Positions 39,901 through 54,900 of a stretch of DNA of 64,000 bases are shown one piece after another. The translations under genes were made by a program, and so were the position numbers. Every line of letters begins with the position of its first letter. The stretch's first letter is position 1. The DNA lies in the NCBI RefSeq assembly GCF_001194135.2, contig NC_068999.1:26266957-26330956 (forward strand). Reading direction: 5' to 3'. Source of the stretch: Octopus bimaculoides. Its lineage: Eukaryota. Under the pieces are notes generated by a model, which saw nothing but the letters and a program-made list of their open reading frames with translations, was not told the DNA's origin and made no database searches.

Positions 39901-42900
39901 AAAAATGCATAAATTCAAATGTTTAGTAAAACAATTAATATAAAATGTTAAAAATTACAATGTACACAAACAGGAATGTACACTATATTCCTGGCAAGCA
40001 ATATAGTAAACAGTTACCATTTTGTCAACCGTCATTGGGTCAACATCTGCCAAACTGGATCCAATTCTCAAGCGATCCCTCACAAGTGAACTAGCAAGAT
40101 CTTCATGGCCATAATTCATTGGCAAACACCTTAAACATGTCAAGAAAGATGTATGTAATGAAATATTTCTTTTCATTAAAATCAATTTCATATATTTCAG
40201 TAAGTTTGACATTAATTACACCTAAAAAGTACAACCATCAAATCTAGAAACCATATGTATCAATATTTGCTGATCAACGAGAGGAAGATTATTTTCAGAA
40301 TACTGATCCTGTTATTCTGTTATTAATTTATTGAACTGCAGCCATGGTGGGTGCCACTTTGAAGAGTATTCTTAGTTGGTAACATCAAATATGTCTGGAA
40401 TTTATTCTAACAGCCTCTCTTTATTTATTTATTTATTATTTTTTTTTTGCCAAACCATTAAGTTTGTAAACAAACCTAACTGGTTGTTAAGCAATGAGAA
40501 ACAAACACACATACATATCTACATATACGACAGGCTTCCACACAGTTTATGTCTACCAAATTTACTCACAAGGCATTGGCCGACCTGGTGCTATAGCAGA
40601 AGACTATGCTATGAAACCATATGGTTGAGAGGTGAACTTCTTAACCACACAACCATGCCTGCACCTATGTATAATATTTTTTTTAAATGAGAAATAGACC
40701 ACATTTACATTAAACATTGACCATATTCTATAGAGCTTTAAAGACCTAGTTTAACGAGTAATTTGATTTAAATAGTATTCATATAGAAAATAAATACAAC
40801 AAAATTTCAAATCTTAAAAATAAAGTTTAAATGAGTGAAAAAAAAAACCACCTGATTCAAAAGGACAAAATAACATTAAAAGAAACAAGTAAAAATATAT
40901 CATTATTTATGAAATCAAAAATGCAGTGAAAAGCCAAGACAAAAATAAAACATTATCTTGCTAAGATTATATCTATTATTTTTAAATTTGAGAAGACGTA
41001 AAAGAATAGAATAAATGTATTTATTAATTAGCAAGTTAAAACTATTAAATATGACAAAGTGTAAAATTGGAACATATTTCATAAATCTGCATTACTACAT
41101 TATTTATAGACACTTAACAGAAGTAAAGATAATTAACAATCAGGTTCATTTAGATGAAGGAAAATTTTTTTTAATTATAATTTTATCTTGTATTTTCAGT
41201 CATTTGCAGAAGATTCAATCTTACCTATTCCGTGCCCGGGTCATACTCTTGGCCTTCCTTCTCTCAAACCTCCGCTCATCATCACTTGAATCACTGCTAG
41301 ATGAGGTAGAAGAGCTTCCATGAAACGCTGTTCGTCTTCTAAACAAAAACATCAAATTAAAAATGAAAAGTAAATCATCTCAGCTAATATAAAATTTAAA
41401 ATTAAACAATGCTCATGTTTTCTAGGAATAGGAACCAATAATTCTGAGAGATTGGTGTCTGAAACACACTTTCCACCTTATCCAGAGGAAAATTTGATTC
41501 ATATACAAATACTGTCGAATCTTAAGTTACACACTCATCATTCAGACTTCTGTAATTAGTGAAATGATTAATAAACTAAAGAAAAAAAAAGCATAAAACT
41601 CGAGATTTTTTAACCAAACCAAATATCAAGGCATGATCATTATCATCATTGAACATCCACTTGTCTATGCATACATGGGTAAGATGGAATTTGCTGCAAC
41701 AGATTTTCTATGGGCAGATGCCTTTCCTGTTGCCAACCCTCAGTTTCCAAGTAAGGTAACATTTTTCATCACCAGATGTGTTTTCTTACAGAAGACTGGA
41801 AATAAACAGTAGTGCTTGTATGACAGCAATGCCCATTTATAACCATCTCATGATATCAGGACAAGGATACACAAAACACATATTTATACAGAAAATTGGG
41901 TATAAAAGCATCAGATGATGTGTGCAAGACTGCACTGGTTTGGTCATGTGGTGTGTATCAATGAGGACAGCTGCATAAAAGAAGTGCTTTGTTCTAATTG
42001 TGGAAGAGGTGGACCCAGGAAGAAGTGGGATAAAGTGGAGAGAAAGAATCTTCGGATGCTGAGCCTCACTGAGGAAATAACAAGTACCTGGTAAGATGCA
42101 TCAAGCTAAGTAAAATCGCTGTTTTCCACACTTAACGGTTTGCCTGTGCTGGTGCTACTTAAAAAAAAGCACTCGTGCTGGTGCTACTTAAAAAAGCACT
42201 CGTGCTGGTGCTGTGTAAACGCACCTGTGCTGGTGGCATGTAAAATGAACCCAGTACATTGTTAAGTGGTTGGTGTTAAAAGGGCATCCAGCCACAGAAA
42301 CCATGCCTCAACAAACAGCTGGAGGCTGGACAGCTCGCTGCTAGCCAGCTCCATGTCTAACTGTCCAACCCATGCCAGCATGGAAAGTGGACATTAAATG
42401 ATGGTGATGAGGCTTCTTTCAGGTTCTGTCTATGAAATCCACTCAAGTCAAACTGGAGCTATAGAAGAAGACACTATAGAAGCTATAGACAGACTATAGA
42501 AGAAGACATAGAAGAAAACACTTGCTCAAGGTGCCACACACTGGAACTGAACCAGAGACCACATGGTTGGGAAGCAAGTTTCTCAACCACACACCTGTGC
42601 AAGGATAGCTGAAGTAAAGAGTTGATTTGTAACAGTCACCTAACTGAGTTTAGTCTTAACTGCTATTTCTAGCATGTGGAGTGATTACATGAAAGTCCCC
42701 CTTACTTCATCTGCTAGTTCAACAGCCTATCTACAATAAGCACAGCAAATATTGTTACTCGAATAACCAAGAGACAGGATGATTTAAAAAATTGGGATTT
42801 TGGAAGGAATCTTTTTCAACATGTAGTGACTTCCATGAATACTCAAATGTTTTAAAACAACTAGAATTATAGTATGACAGTGAAATGTGATAGGGTTGTG

Positions 42901-45900
42901 CATCCAAAGGGATGTGTGGATTTTAAAAATTTGTTATTTTGAAAAATACTTTTATTTCAGCATCAAAATTTTCATGTTACAGGAAAAACAACAAAAGAAT
43001 GAGGGGCTGGTAACCAGCATGAAGGGACACAGCAGGCATCCTGTCTGTATATTCATGCTGGAATTCATCCCTCACACCTTAGAATAGGACCTAAGGCTCA
43101 AATTCAGACAGTTGTGTGAAACTGTTAGAGACTGTGGTCAAACCCTGGATAGAGAGGCCAAAGAGTTTGAAGTGGTTGTCAGAGAATTTCTACGACTTTA
43201 CTAGTTCCAATTTCTAGCCTACTAATTGCCCTGGCTGTAATCCCATGGATTACTATGTGTGGGGCATGATTGAGAAAGATACCAACTGCTCTGCCTGCAC
43301 AACCAAGGCCAAGGCCAAGCTAGTGGCCAAGATCAAAGAGGTATTTGAAGATCTTCCCAAAGAACAGTGAGGAAATCATGAACCAGGTTCTGGAGTTGTT
43401 TTGAGGCCATGATGGAAGCTCAGGCCAGTTACTTTGAGTAAAGTGTTATCTCTTAGCCATACTTATTAGAGAGATTTATGGGATTGACAGAAAATATAAT
43501 CTGTTGAGTGCAAATAATACTTCCCCTTACTCCCCTCAATCCTCCCAAGTCCACAACCTTAGAGCTGCCATGATCAATGTTGGCACAATGAAAAGGTAGA
43601 TCCAGTGAGAACATAAAAATGCTTGAGCAGAGGAATGTAGATGGGTGGTGTGGGTATAATTTAGACAAAAATGGATAAAGTGACCAAAGTAGTCAGTGTA
43701 TGTGATAGGATAATTAAGCTTAGACTAGCCTTAGAAAATATGATAGCAACATTTATCTTTGCATGTGCTTCAGAAGCTGGTCTGGTAGATGAACCAAAAA
43801 CCTGTTTCTACAAAGCCCGTTTACAGATTACCTCGATGGCAAATGACAATGATCTTCTTATAGTGGCTGGTGACTTCAACAAACAGCTTCAGCAGCAACC
43901 CGATGGATTTTATGGTGTACATGAAGGTTATGTCTTTGGTTCTAAAAATGAGGAGAAAACAAGGCTCTTGGAGTTTTGTGATCTGCAAAACTAACTTCAG
44001 CAAACCAGCCAGCTATCAAGCTAGTGGGAACACAGGCCAGATTGAACATTGCCTCATCAGAGATAGGCAGATGATACTTGTGAATGTAAAATTCTTCCCT
44101 GGTGAAGAATGTACAACTCAACACAGCTTAGTAGCGAGTAACATCAGACTTAAAGCTAGAACTCAGAGATACAAACCTGTCTGGAAAAGGACGATATGGA
44201 AGCTTCAAGATCCATTAAACACTCAGAGATTTAGAGAAATTCTAATTGAAACATTTGACAAGGAGGAACAGGAAATAGCATCAGAGAGGATAATTAGAAG
44301 TTCATATGGGACAACCTACCGAAGGAGACACACCAGACCAAGGATGATGTGATGGTGGAATGGTATAGTAAATGGTCATAAAATTGAAGGAACAGGTTTG
44401 AAAGTATTAAAAAATGGCAGGAGAACTACACTGAAAAACAGTGTGGAATGAAGATATAAAGAGATGATGATAATAATTATGTTATACACATACGCAAGTG
44501 CTACCCACTGGGAAATATTTCACAGTCCATATATGAATTAAATACACACATAAATATATGTAAAAACATTTTTTTAAATACATTTTAATATATCTACATG
44601 CAATTAATACACACATACGCGTGTAAATATATAGTAGAAACAAAAACTAAGAAAAATACATCTTGGACAATAGTATGTATCATAGTTATGATAATGACAG
44701 ACTTACCGCATGTTTCCATTTCTATGTGCAGGAGATCTGTAAGAGGTGTGCTTTCCATGAGAGGAACTAGCAGGAGTGTCACAATAGGGAAGATTTTTAT
44801 TTCGTTTTTTAAGAGAGTCTAAAATTTAGCATAAAAATATATATAAGAAATTTATTAAATTATAACAATATTTTTTTATTCTTTTACATTCATATTTTTG
44901 TCAGAATGTGGAATGATTGTGCAAATTTAAATATTTACATTTTCTTCTTTTCTCTAAGCGAATATGTTTTTATAATTGGATGTTCTTACTACTGCTAACC
45001 AGTGAACTGTGAAATAGGAGTGACACTCATTTTTACTACAAGTAGTGTATCTTACTTAGGAGCATTATACAATAGCTGTAGCAAGTTTTGAACTCATAAA
45101 CAATTGGCCAATAGTCCAACACCTTAAAGTTCAGTTCAAAATCACTAAAATATAGAAATATCAAATAATATTTTAACAAATAGGCATCAATACATGACAA
45201 GAAATCATTTTAATATCCACTGAAAGCCTGACACTAAATTGCTGATACTAGCAACGTATTTCAAACCTTAATTTCTTTGACATCAAAGAATAATTAATGA
45301 AGAGAGATAAATTATTGGGATATATAAAAAAAAGATATAAAATCTGTCTCAATGCAATGAATATCTACTGTTTAATGCTAATACAAAGTCACACTCACAT
45401 AGATAATTTAGTACAAATTTTCATGTGTACAATTAGATCATTCAACAACTTTTTTTAATCATAGAAAAACAAATTGTTTATAAGGTGATGAGTCTAAATC
45501 CCAACTGTTACTAACCTATAGGTGGGGCTTCAAATAATTTTGTACGTGGTTTGTGCTCCCTTAAATAATATGAACGTCGAGGTGGTTCTTGTGTCTCACT
45601 ATCATCATCTGCATCATCATCATCCTCATCAACTTCTTCATCAACATCACCCTGGTTGTCTTGACACTCATCAAAATCTAATAACATTAATACATAACTT
45701 CATAAACACAGTTTTAAATAAAACAAACACATCAAGAATTATTTTATTTAAAGCAACCAGTAAATTTTAAAAACAAAAAAAAAATTAGAACATATTTAGA
45801 TAGCCTTTTTCATTTGAAATCAATACAATCTTTATACAAAGTTAGTTATTAAAAACGAAAATAAATTAAATAAAAACATGAAAATTTTTTTTAAATAGTT

Positions 45901-48900
45901 AAAAAAATTGATAAGTTGATGAAGCAAATAACTTCAAATGTTATGCACAGCAAGAGAAAAAAAGGATTCAAAACTAAGGAATACCAATAATCAATTGTTG
46001 GTCTCACATAGAAAGGCTGGATGGAGGGGCAAATATTCAATAAATTACTAAAATATCAAACCATCTCATAGCAAAAGGTCAGTAGTACGAGATATTCAGA
46101 ACACACAATTTTTATTTCGAGACCTCTCTTGCAGATTGCTTGTTAGTAGCTGGTTTACAACTGCTTTATAGTCAGCTTGCACTTCTAGTGGTATGAACAC
46201 AAGAATCAACAATGAGTGGTACATGACATATCTTCTAAAACAGCACAACTATATTTTAAGGTACAGATATTAAAAGATAATCGAGCTACAACAAATTACT
46301 CAATTCATTTAATAGAAAATGTTTAAATTGAGGCATAGAAATATGCAGATATCTTTTATAGTAAATTTTCTTATTGAGGGGGCATCTGGAAAAAAAAAAT
46401 TACTGAATATTTCTCACCATCAATATTTTGTCTGGTGCTGTGCATTCCATTTAAAACTGTTGTGAACTTACGCTGTGCACGATTTCTTTTGACACGACTG
46501 TACATATCTGTAAACTCCTGAAAATAGAATAATTATTTCTGTTGGTACACAGGATACTTGAATACTGTCAGCATTTACTGACATATATATATTTACTTTC
46601 AAAATGAAAAGTCACATAGATGTTGCAAACACCATTTCTAATTTCTACAATAGGAATGGGCCTATCATGCAATGTAACTACATCAAAATAACTGAATCAG
46701 AAATTATTATCAATTTGATTTCTTTCATTTCTTAACCATACAACTAATATATTCATAAAAACAAAGGGAAATGAATCAATTATTTTTATAATGTTCTTTT
46801 AGAAGAAAAAAAAAAGAAAACCTGAATGACTCATTGAGTCATCAAAATTACTTTAGAATAAGGTATATATAAAACAGGAAATCTTACCAAAGAGTCATCA
46901 ATCTCATCAACATTGGTTCTCTTACGCTTGTGTGATTCATTATTACTATGATCATCTTCCAGAGTAATGTTGTTTGTCTCAGTGACATCAGAAGATAAAA
47001 ACAACAAAGATCGTTTACGAGTGGATCTTCGTGTTGGCAGAAGTGGTTTATTGTTTGTTTTCTCAGACTTTTTTCTTTCATCTCTTTTTACCTTCATATG
47101 TAGTTTATTGCAATTTTTGTCAGCAAACTCCACCTCTATATAGAAAAAAAAAAGACTTGTAATCAGTAATTTTTGTTTCTTAATGTGTCTTGCAATAAAT
47201 TTTAACATTTTTTTCATTAAAAACTTCATAAACTGTGAACATTACCAAATTAATACAGAAGTTGAATGAACTCCAAGATATAGGTAAGAATTACTTAAAT
47301 TAACCTCCAAAACCATAGCTACCAAGAGACAACAGAATTTTATAACCAAGATAACTGAACTTACAAAATTTAATATATTTTCTATTATAAATAAAATGTT
47401 TACATACTTAAATATTATATTATCTTCATTGAATTTGTTTCAATTAAAGTTAATTTTTCTTAAATGTAGGACTCAATACATAATACAAGTACAGAGTTTT
47501 TATAAAGAGGTATGTATGTGTGTGTGTGTGGAGGGTATAATTTATCTATTTTGTCATATCTTTCTTGCATTTCTTCCCTCTTTTTTTATACCCCCTCATA
47601 TACTTGTCTTTTCTCTTGATCATCATCATCATTTAACGTCCGCTTTCCATGCTGGCATGGGTTGGACAGTTTGACTGAGGACTGGCGAGCCAGATGGCTG
47701 CACTAGGCTTCAATCTGATCTGGATGCCCTTCCTAACGCCAACCACTCCGAGAGTGTAGTGGGTGCTTTTACGTGCCACTGGCAACGGCCACGCTCAAAT
47801 GGTGTTTTTTACGTGCCACCTACACAGGAGCCAGTCCAGCAGCACTGGCAATGACTTCGCTTGAATGTTGTTTCTCACGTGCCACCAGCACAAGTACCAG
47901 TAAGGCGACGCTGGTAACAATCATGCTTGAATGGTGCTTTTTACATGCCACCGGCATCTTGTTGGTCAATAGTATGAGGAGGTTTGACTTCTTGAGTTGT
48001 CTGATGAGACTCACCTAGTTTGGTTTAATGAAGACAGAACAATAACATAAGAAGATAGGACCAAGTCAATACAGTTCTACCTGCTACTGACCAGCAAGTA
48101 TAATGCTCTGGAAACCAGGGAAACAGCTGTAGGAAACAAAGCAAGAGACAGGCCAGGTCATGAAGCAGGCTAAAGATGAGATGATGGGATGACCTCATCT
48201 GCTACCAGAGTCCCAAGTGGGAAAGACTAGCCAGAGATACAGCAGTGGAAACAGTCTAGGAGGTTCCTCCTTCAGGGGCGATACTAACCCTATATATATA
48301 TACTGTTTACCTTTCGCTTGTTTCAGTAATAGGACTACAATCATGCTGGAGCACCAGAAATCACCCCATTACTACTCTTCTTTTTTGGTGTCTTCTGTCG
48401 AACTGCTAAGTTATGGGAATATGAACAAGCCAACACTGGTTGTTGTCAAGTGGTGTGGTAGGGATAAACACACACCTATGACAGGCTACTTTCAGTTTCC
48501 ATCTACCAAATTCATTCACAAGGCTTTGGTCAGCCCAGGCTATAGAAGACAGTTGTTCATGGTGCCACACAGTAGGACTGAACCCAGGGCCATGTGGTTA
48601 GAAAACAAACTTCTTATCACACAACCATGCCTGCACCAGTTTATATCTATAACTAAACAAATTTAAGTTAATAAACATTACCAACCTTCTTCAAATTCAT
48701 CACTGCTATCACCAGAAACGACTTTTCCCCTCCTGTTAAAAGTAATATTAGATTCAATAAAATAGCAGACATAATTCAAATATAATTATTTTCTAAAATA
48801 ATATATAAAATTTATTTACTATTAAACAAAATTTTTAAAAATTAAACCTTACATTTTATACTTTGCTTGTTCCTACACTGTTAACTTAATAATTATGCAT

Positions 48901-51900
48901 TGAAGTGCATACTAATTCAAGATTTGAAAGAGAATTTGTACAGATAGCAACGTGTAGAAAAAAGATAGTATACTTGAATTCTCTACAAAGATCTATAAAG
49001 TTACTATATTATTATGAAGTGTGAATAAATATTAACAACCTGATATCTTTTTTTCATTCATAGAAACTGAACACTTTCTAACATAAAACATCATATGAAG
49101 TTATTGTCAGTTATTAGCACTAGAATGCTCAAGTTGAAAATAATTTTAAATGCTATGAAATAAAACCTTGATAAATTATGAAATATTTTTTTAAAAACTT
49201 TTAGGATTAATAAAAAATAATATGCATTTTAAATTTATTTTTAATAAGACCATACATTACAAAAGCCTTAGGTCATATGTGTACTCGCATTCTAAATTTA
49301 ATTTTAATCATAAAACATAGATTATGTTTCCATACTAAAGAACATGCTGGAAACGATTAGCACTTGCTAACTATTAGGAAGAAGGGGTAATTAATGAGAT
49401 GTAATTACACCTTATGACTTAAAAAAAGAAGAAGCTTTAAATAAGAATTTACAAATTAAAATACTTGTCCATAGCTGATATTTACTGAGCATCAAGTTAT
49501 GTAGGTCACATACTTAGTTAAATCAGGCAGTGCAGGGAGGTGACAAGAACAGTACTCTCATCAACTAAGGAAAAGGAGAAATACTGGAGAGAGGCAATTA
49601 AGGTTTCACACTGATGTTGAAAATAGTTGGAAGAGCTTTAACAAAGTTAATTTAGATAAAGGCTAACTTGGATGAGATGTAATTAGGGGTTATGCCAAGG
49701 AACAATAACACAATAAAATGCGCAAGTTCTTTACTAAGAATCACTATGATTGTTTATCTGGAGAAGACTTTTGACAAGGTCTCAATAGTTTGAAGGGTTA
49801 ATGGCTTGTGATAAGCAGAACAGGCTCCTTTCCCTGCATTTTTGGACAGGAGGATTAAATGACCACTTGGACATTGGATGCATTTAGAAAAAATTCTTCT
49901 ACAAACATTTAGTTTGAATGTAGCTGCTTCTCTTCTTACTAATCTTGGATGCTAACTGCCTTGCTCTAATTACACTGCATAACAAAATGAAAAAAGTTTC
50001 TTTAGTATGAGATAATTAGCGTAATTTTAGGGTACCCTTTTTTAATATGAAGTGAGTTTTATTCCATCATATCTATACTTTGATCTAAAAGATACCTCCT
50101 ATATACCAAACTTATAGAAAGGTAATGTAGCATGCAGTGCATAAAAAGTTCCCATTTATCTTTTAAGAGTACCTTTGATTGTTCTTTTTGTGACAACCTT
50201 TAATAAGAGAGCTGTAAAAGTAGATATAACACATATTAGATCATGTCTATTTTTAGAACACTTTGATTTAAATGTATGTTTTGGATGTTATTGTGACTTA
50301 ATTGATAATTATTCTGTTCTCTGTGGACTGCTGTTTTTTATTCCTCTACTTCAATTTGCATGGCTTCAAAATGTGTATGTCGCAATGACCCAGATCACTT
50401 TTGCTACATCTGTGGGGGATATGCATTCCAAGACTGGAGAAACACCACACCACTAACACAAGTAAGATACAAGGATTACTTCAAAATGAAACTTGGAGAC
50501 CAAGATAAATGTTTTGCTCCACATATTGTATGTTAAGTTTGCAGTGATTGGCTTTCCTTGAGGTCCAGTGACAAGCTGGTGCAAATGCCATTTGCAACTC
50601 TAATGGTATGCTTAGAACAAAGCAACCATTCTACTGATTGCTACTTTTGCATTAATAACGTTGAGGAATTCAATAAGAAAACTGCAAGGTATAATCAAGT
50701 ACGTTAATTTGCTATCAGCCATAAGACCCAAACCATATAAAGATGAAATTCTTCTGTGCCAGGCAATCAACCATCGAGCGAGTCAAATGACAATTCCAAA
50801 GACAAAACTAAATGTGAAAACCAAATAGATGACAAGGATTTTGAAATTCCTCATCCATGCCCTGAAATAACTCGAGAACAACTTGATCATTTTGTTCAAA
50901 AGTTGTGACTTTCCAAGAATGATATTTACTTGGCTGGAAGAATATGGTGTCTTAGCCCAAGGAACTAAAACAGCATACAGTCACTGAGAGAAGAAATTTG
51001 TTAAATTTTTCGACATGCATAATGAATTTGATGATGGTACAGGGATTTTCCTCTAATGTCAAGACATTGGTGATTATTCGTTGACAGAAGTGTTTCTAGC
51101 TTAAAAGTAATCCTTTTGCAAGTCGGGAATGATTACCCAGAGATTCTAGTGGGTTATCTGAGGAAGGCAAAAGAGTCATATGATGCCATCAAGATGTATT
51201 TTTCTTGATCAGGTATGAGGATTTCAAGAGGAAAGCTGGAGGTGACTTGAAGATCAAAGTTCTTTTTTTGTTTTGTTTTTTTTTCTAACTGGAGTGCAAA
51301 AAAGTTACACAAAGGTTTGCTGCTTCTTGTTCTTGTGGGACAGCAGGGCTTGAAATGAGCACTACAGTCAGCATGATTGGCCAGCACATCATGAATGAAG
51401 ACCAGGGAATAAAAGAGTTTAATACGCACTACTAGTTTTACCTGAGCTATTTGTGTTACTACAACTACATATTAAACTTGGAATCTTCAAAATTTGCATG
51501 AAGTCACAAGACCCTGAGGGGCAACCAAACAAGTTGCTGAAAGATACCTTTCCTCAATTAAGTAAAGCAAAGACTAAAGAAAGCATGTTAATAAATTACA
51601 TGCATGGTTACAAGATTAAACATTTTTCTATAAATGCAGCATATATGGAATATCTTGTAAATCAAAATATAGATGTGATGGAGCAAAACAGATTTCATAT
51701 TCATAAAGAACACTCTAAAATTAACTATCACCTAAAGTAGTGTTTACTAAAAAATTAGTGTCATGCAGTGTTATAGCTCTTGAGGCTATAGCACAACAGT
51801 TCAAGACTGGTTGTCCTTGGAGCTTTTCTATGTTGATAACCTAATTCTCAGCAGAGCCTGTCACTAAGTTATAGAAAAATTCTGAACTTGGAAATATGGT

Positions 51901-54900
51901 CAAAAATACAAAGGTCAAAATGGCAAAGACCCATGTGCTGGTTAGTAAGGAAGAGCTTGAAATCTCAGTGTCATCTGAGAAGTGGCCTTCTTTAATTTAT
52001 AGATGAAAAGATACATAAGCACTTGATCAATGAAAGAACTAGTTGCTCAAAATGTACAAACATAAACACATATGTCGATGATACAGATGGCTAACTACAT
52101 GGGGCTGATAGTTATGTAGGAGACTTAATAAGCACTACAAAGGATTTTAATAAAAGTGTAGTAACTATACTTTTTCTAGTGCAGTTTTAAATAATAAGTG
52201 ATCTCCAAAAATAACTTCAAAACAAAATTATCTGAAAGCAAATTAAGTAGTAGATATAGCTTGTCTCAAGCTACAAGTATTAGTATTTTAGTGTCAAACA
52301 GGAAAGCAAGCAGGGTCATACAAGAAGTTTGCACTTGAAATTCATTTGCATGTAGTCCGTCACTGAATGAGAAAACTGGGAATTCATTGCTGCATGTTGT
52401 GATATATGTGATCATATGTTACAAATTTATTATCATTTATGGCTTCCTTTCATTATAACTATTTCAGCTGCCTTAGTACTGGGCATCCTTTGGATGCCAA
52501 GAGTAGCACTTTTATTTTGCTATGCATACAAAAAATTATCACCACATTTATTCCATTTTAGATGATTGTACCCATCAAGATTATCTTTTGTAGTTCATAG
52601 AGATTGGAGTTATCAGGGAGTTGCTTAATATACTTCTCAGCTCCCTTCTTTATCATTCCCAACATACCAATTACTACTGGTATTATCGTATTATGAAGCT
52701 TCCACATTTTTGTGATTTTAATTTGCAGATCTTCATAGTGAGCAAGCTTTTTGCATTCCTTCCTTGAGACATTTTGATCTTGTGGGACAGACATATCTAT
52801 TAATAGACAAGTTCCTCTGTAGTAGTCTTTAATTACAATGCCTGGTTAATTGGAGTCACTTTTTCTGTCTGTTTGTACTGGGAAGTTCCAAAGGATGGTA
52901 ACGCCCTCACCATTTACATCCTCTGGATAGTGCCTAAGCCACTTATCATAGAATTTAATCTTGTAGCATTTACAAGCATTCCAGTGGATGTACTGCCCTA
53001 GTCTATCATGTCTTATGAGGAACTCCTTTTCAGTGAGGACTGGACAGCCAAAAACAACATGATCAATTGTCTGTGAATTTTCTGCAAATTCTGCATGATG
53101 GGTCAGATCCATCTTTAAGGATGTTTGAATTGTAGTTTCTGGTAGATAAGCTCTGATCTTGTGCTGCAATAACAAAACCTTTTGTGTCCTCTTTGAGACC
53201 TGTCCCTTGTAGCCATTGATGTGTTAGATTTTGATGAATATCTGCTTTGGACAGGCAGTTAAGGTATTTTCCATGCAGAAGTTTACCTTTCAAGTTGTCT
53301 TTGATGTTATTCATGCAAGCCTTCTTTATTATTATTATTATTATCATTATTAAGGCGGCGAGCTGGCAGAAACATCAGCACACCAGACAAAATGCTTAGT
53401 AGTATTTCATGTCTTTATGTTCTGAGTTCAAATTCCACTGAGATCAACTCTGCCTTTCATCCCTTCAAGGTTGATAAAATAAGTACCAGCTGAGTACTGG
53501 GGTCGATGTAATCGACTANNNNNNNNNNNNNNNNNNNNNNNNNNNNNNNNNNNNNNNNNNNNNNNNNNNNNNNNNNNNNNNNNNNNNNNNNNNNNNNNNN
53601 NNNNNNNNNNNNNNNNNNNNNNNNNNNNNNNNNNNNNNNNNNNNNNNNNNNNNNNNNNNNNNNNNNNNNNNNNNNNNNNNNNNNNNNNNNNNNNNNNNNN
53701 NNNNNNNNNNNNNNNNNNNNNNNNNNNNNNNNNNNNNNNNNNNNNNNNNNNNNNNNNNNNNNNNNNNNNNNNNNNNNNNNNNNNNNNNNNNNNNNNNNNN
53801 NNNNNNNNNNNNNNNNNNNNNNNNNNNNNNNNNNNNNNNNNNNNNNNNNNNNNNNNNNNNNNNNGACTATTCTCTTCCCACAAAATTTCAGGCCTTGTGC
53901 TTTTACTAGAAAGATTATTATTGTTATTGTTTTAAGTAAATATTCTAAAATTTACTTTTAGCTTCTGTTATAGTAACCTAAACAAGAAGCTTTGTATTTT
54001 TAACATTCATTGTATGACTTTTTATATTTTTAACATTCATTATAAGACTTTTTTTTTATGGTGACAGACTCAAATGTAGAAATTAATATGGGTATTTACA
54101 GTGGGTATTTTATAACAAAACCTAACTGCTATAAGTGAAAATTAGACTAGATATTTTTCAGGCTAAGACAAACTATGTCATTTTTCAAAGAAAAAAATAG
54201 TAAACAAAGAATTCCTCTATTCACAAAAACTACCTCAAACAAGATCAGCAATATCACTGTACTCATCATAATGTCCCACTTATAGTACTGTGCAATAGAG
54301 CCTTTCTCTATATGTCTCTGACTGGAGACAATATAGTTATTTAGCTCCAATCAAGCAGACCTGTAGTCAAATAAATTCCAGCCATAGGCATCACCATTTT
54401 TTTCTCTCTTTTTGCAGGCAGTGGACTGTATTATCTAATGTGTCCTCTGTATCTCACAACAGTAAGGAGTAAGTAGGAGATTTAGTTGTTAATGTTGAGT
54501 GACTACAAAGAAATTCCCATGTCAAGCAGACATTCATTTATCCAAAAGGTTTGCTCCCTTTAAGCTATTATATTATTTTGAATTTTGTTCCATATCCACA
54601 TTAATCATATATCTCTAATACTCAGTTCTTTTCTCAACATTGACTCTGGAAAATATGGTTCATCTTTCATAGGCGTAGGAGTGGCTGTGTGGTAAGTAGC
54701 TTGCTTACCAACCACATGGTTCTGGGTTCATTCCCACTGCGTGGCACCTTGGGCAAGTGTCTTCTACTATAGCCTCGGGCCAACCAAAGCCTTGTGAGTG
54801 GATTTGGTAGACGGAAACTGAAAGAATCCCGTCGTATATATGTATATGTGTGTATATATGTTTGTGTCTGTGTTTGTCCCCCCAACATCGCTTGACAACT

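Noticed and set aside
53995-54055. 30-bp tandem duplication (similar short duplications near 10060 and 27050)
   Set aside because: Ordinary slippage duplications in AT-rich intron or fossil DNA with no further structure.
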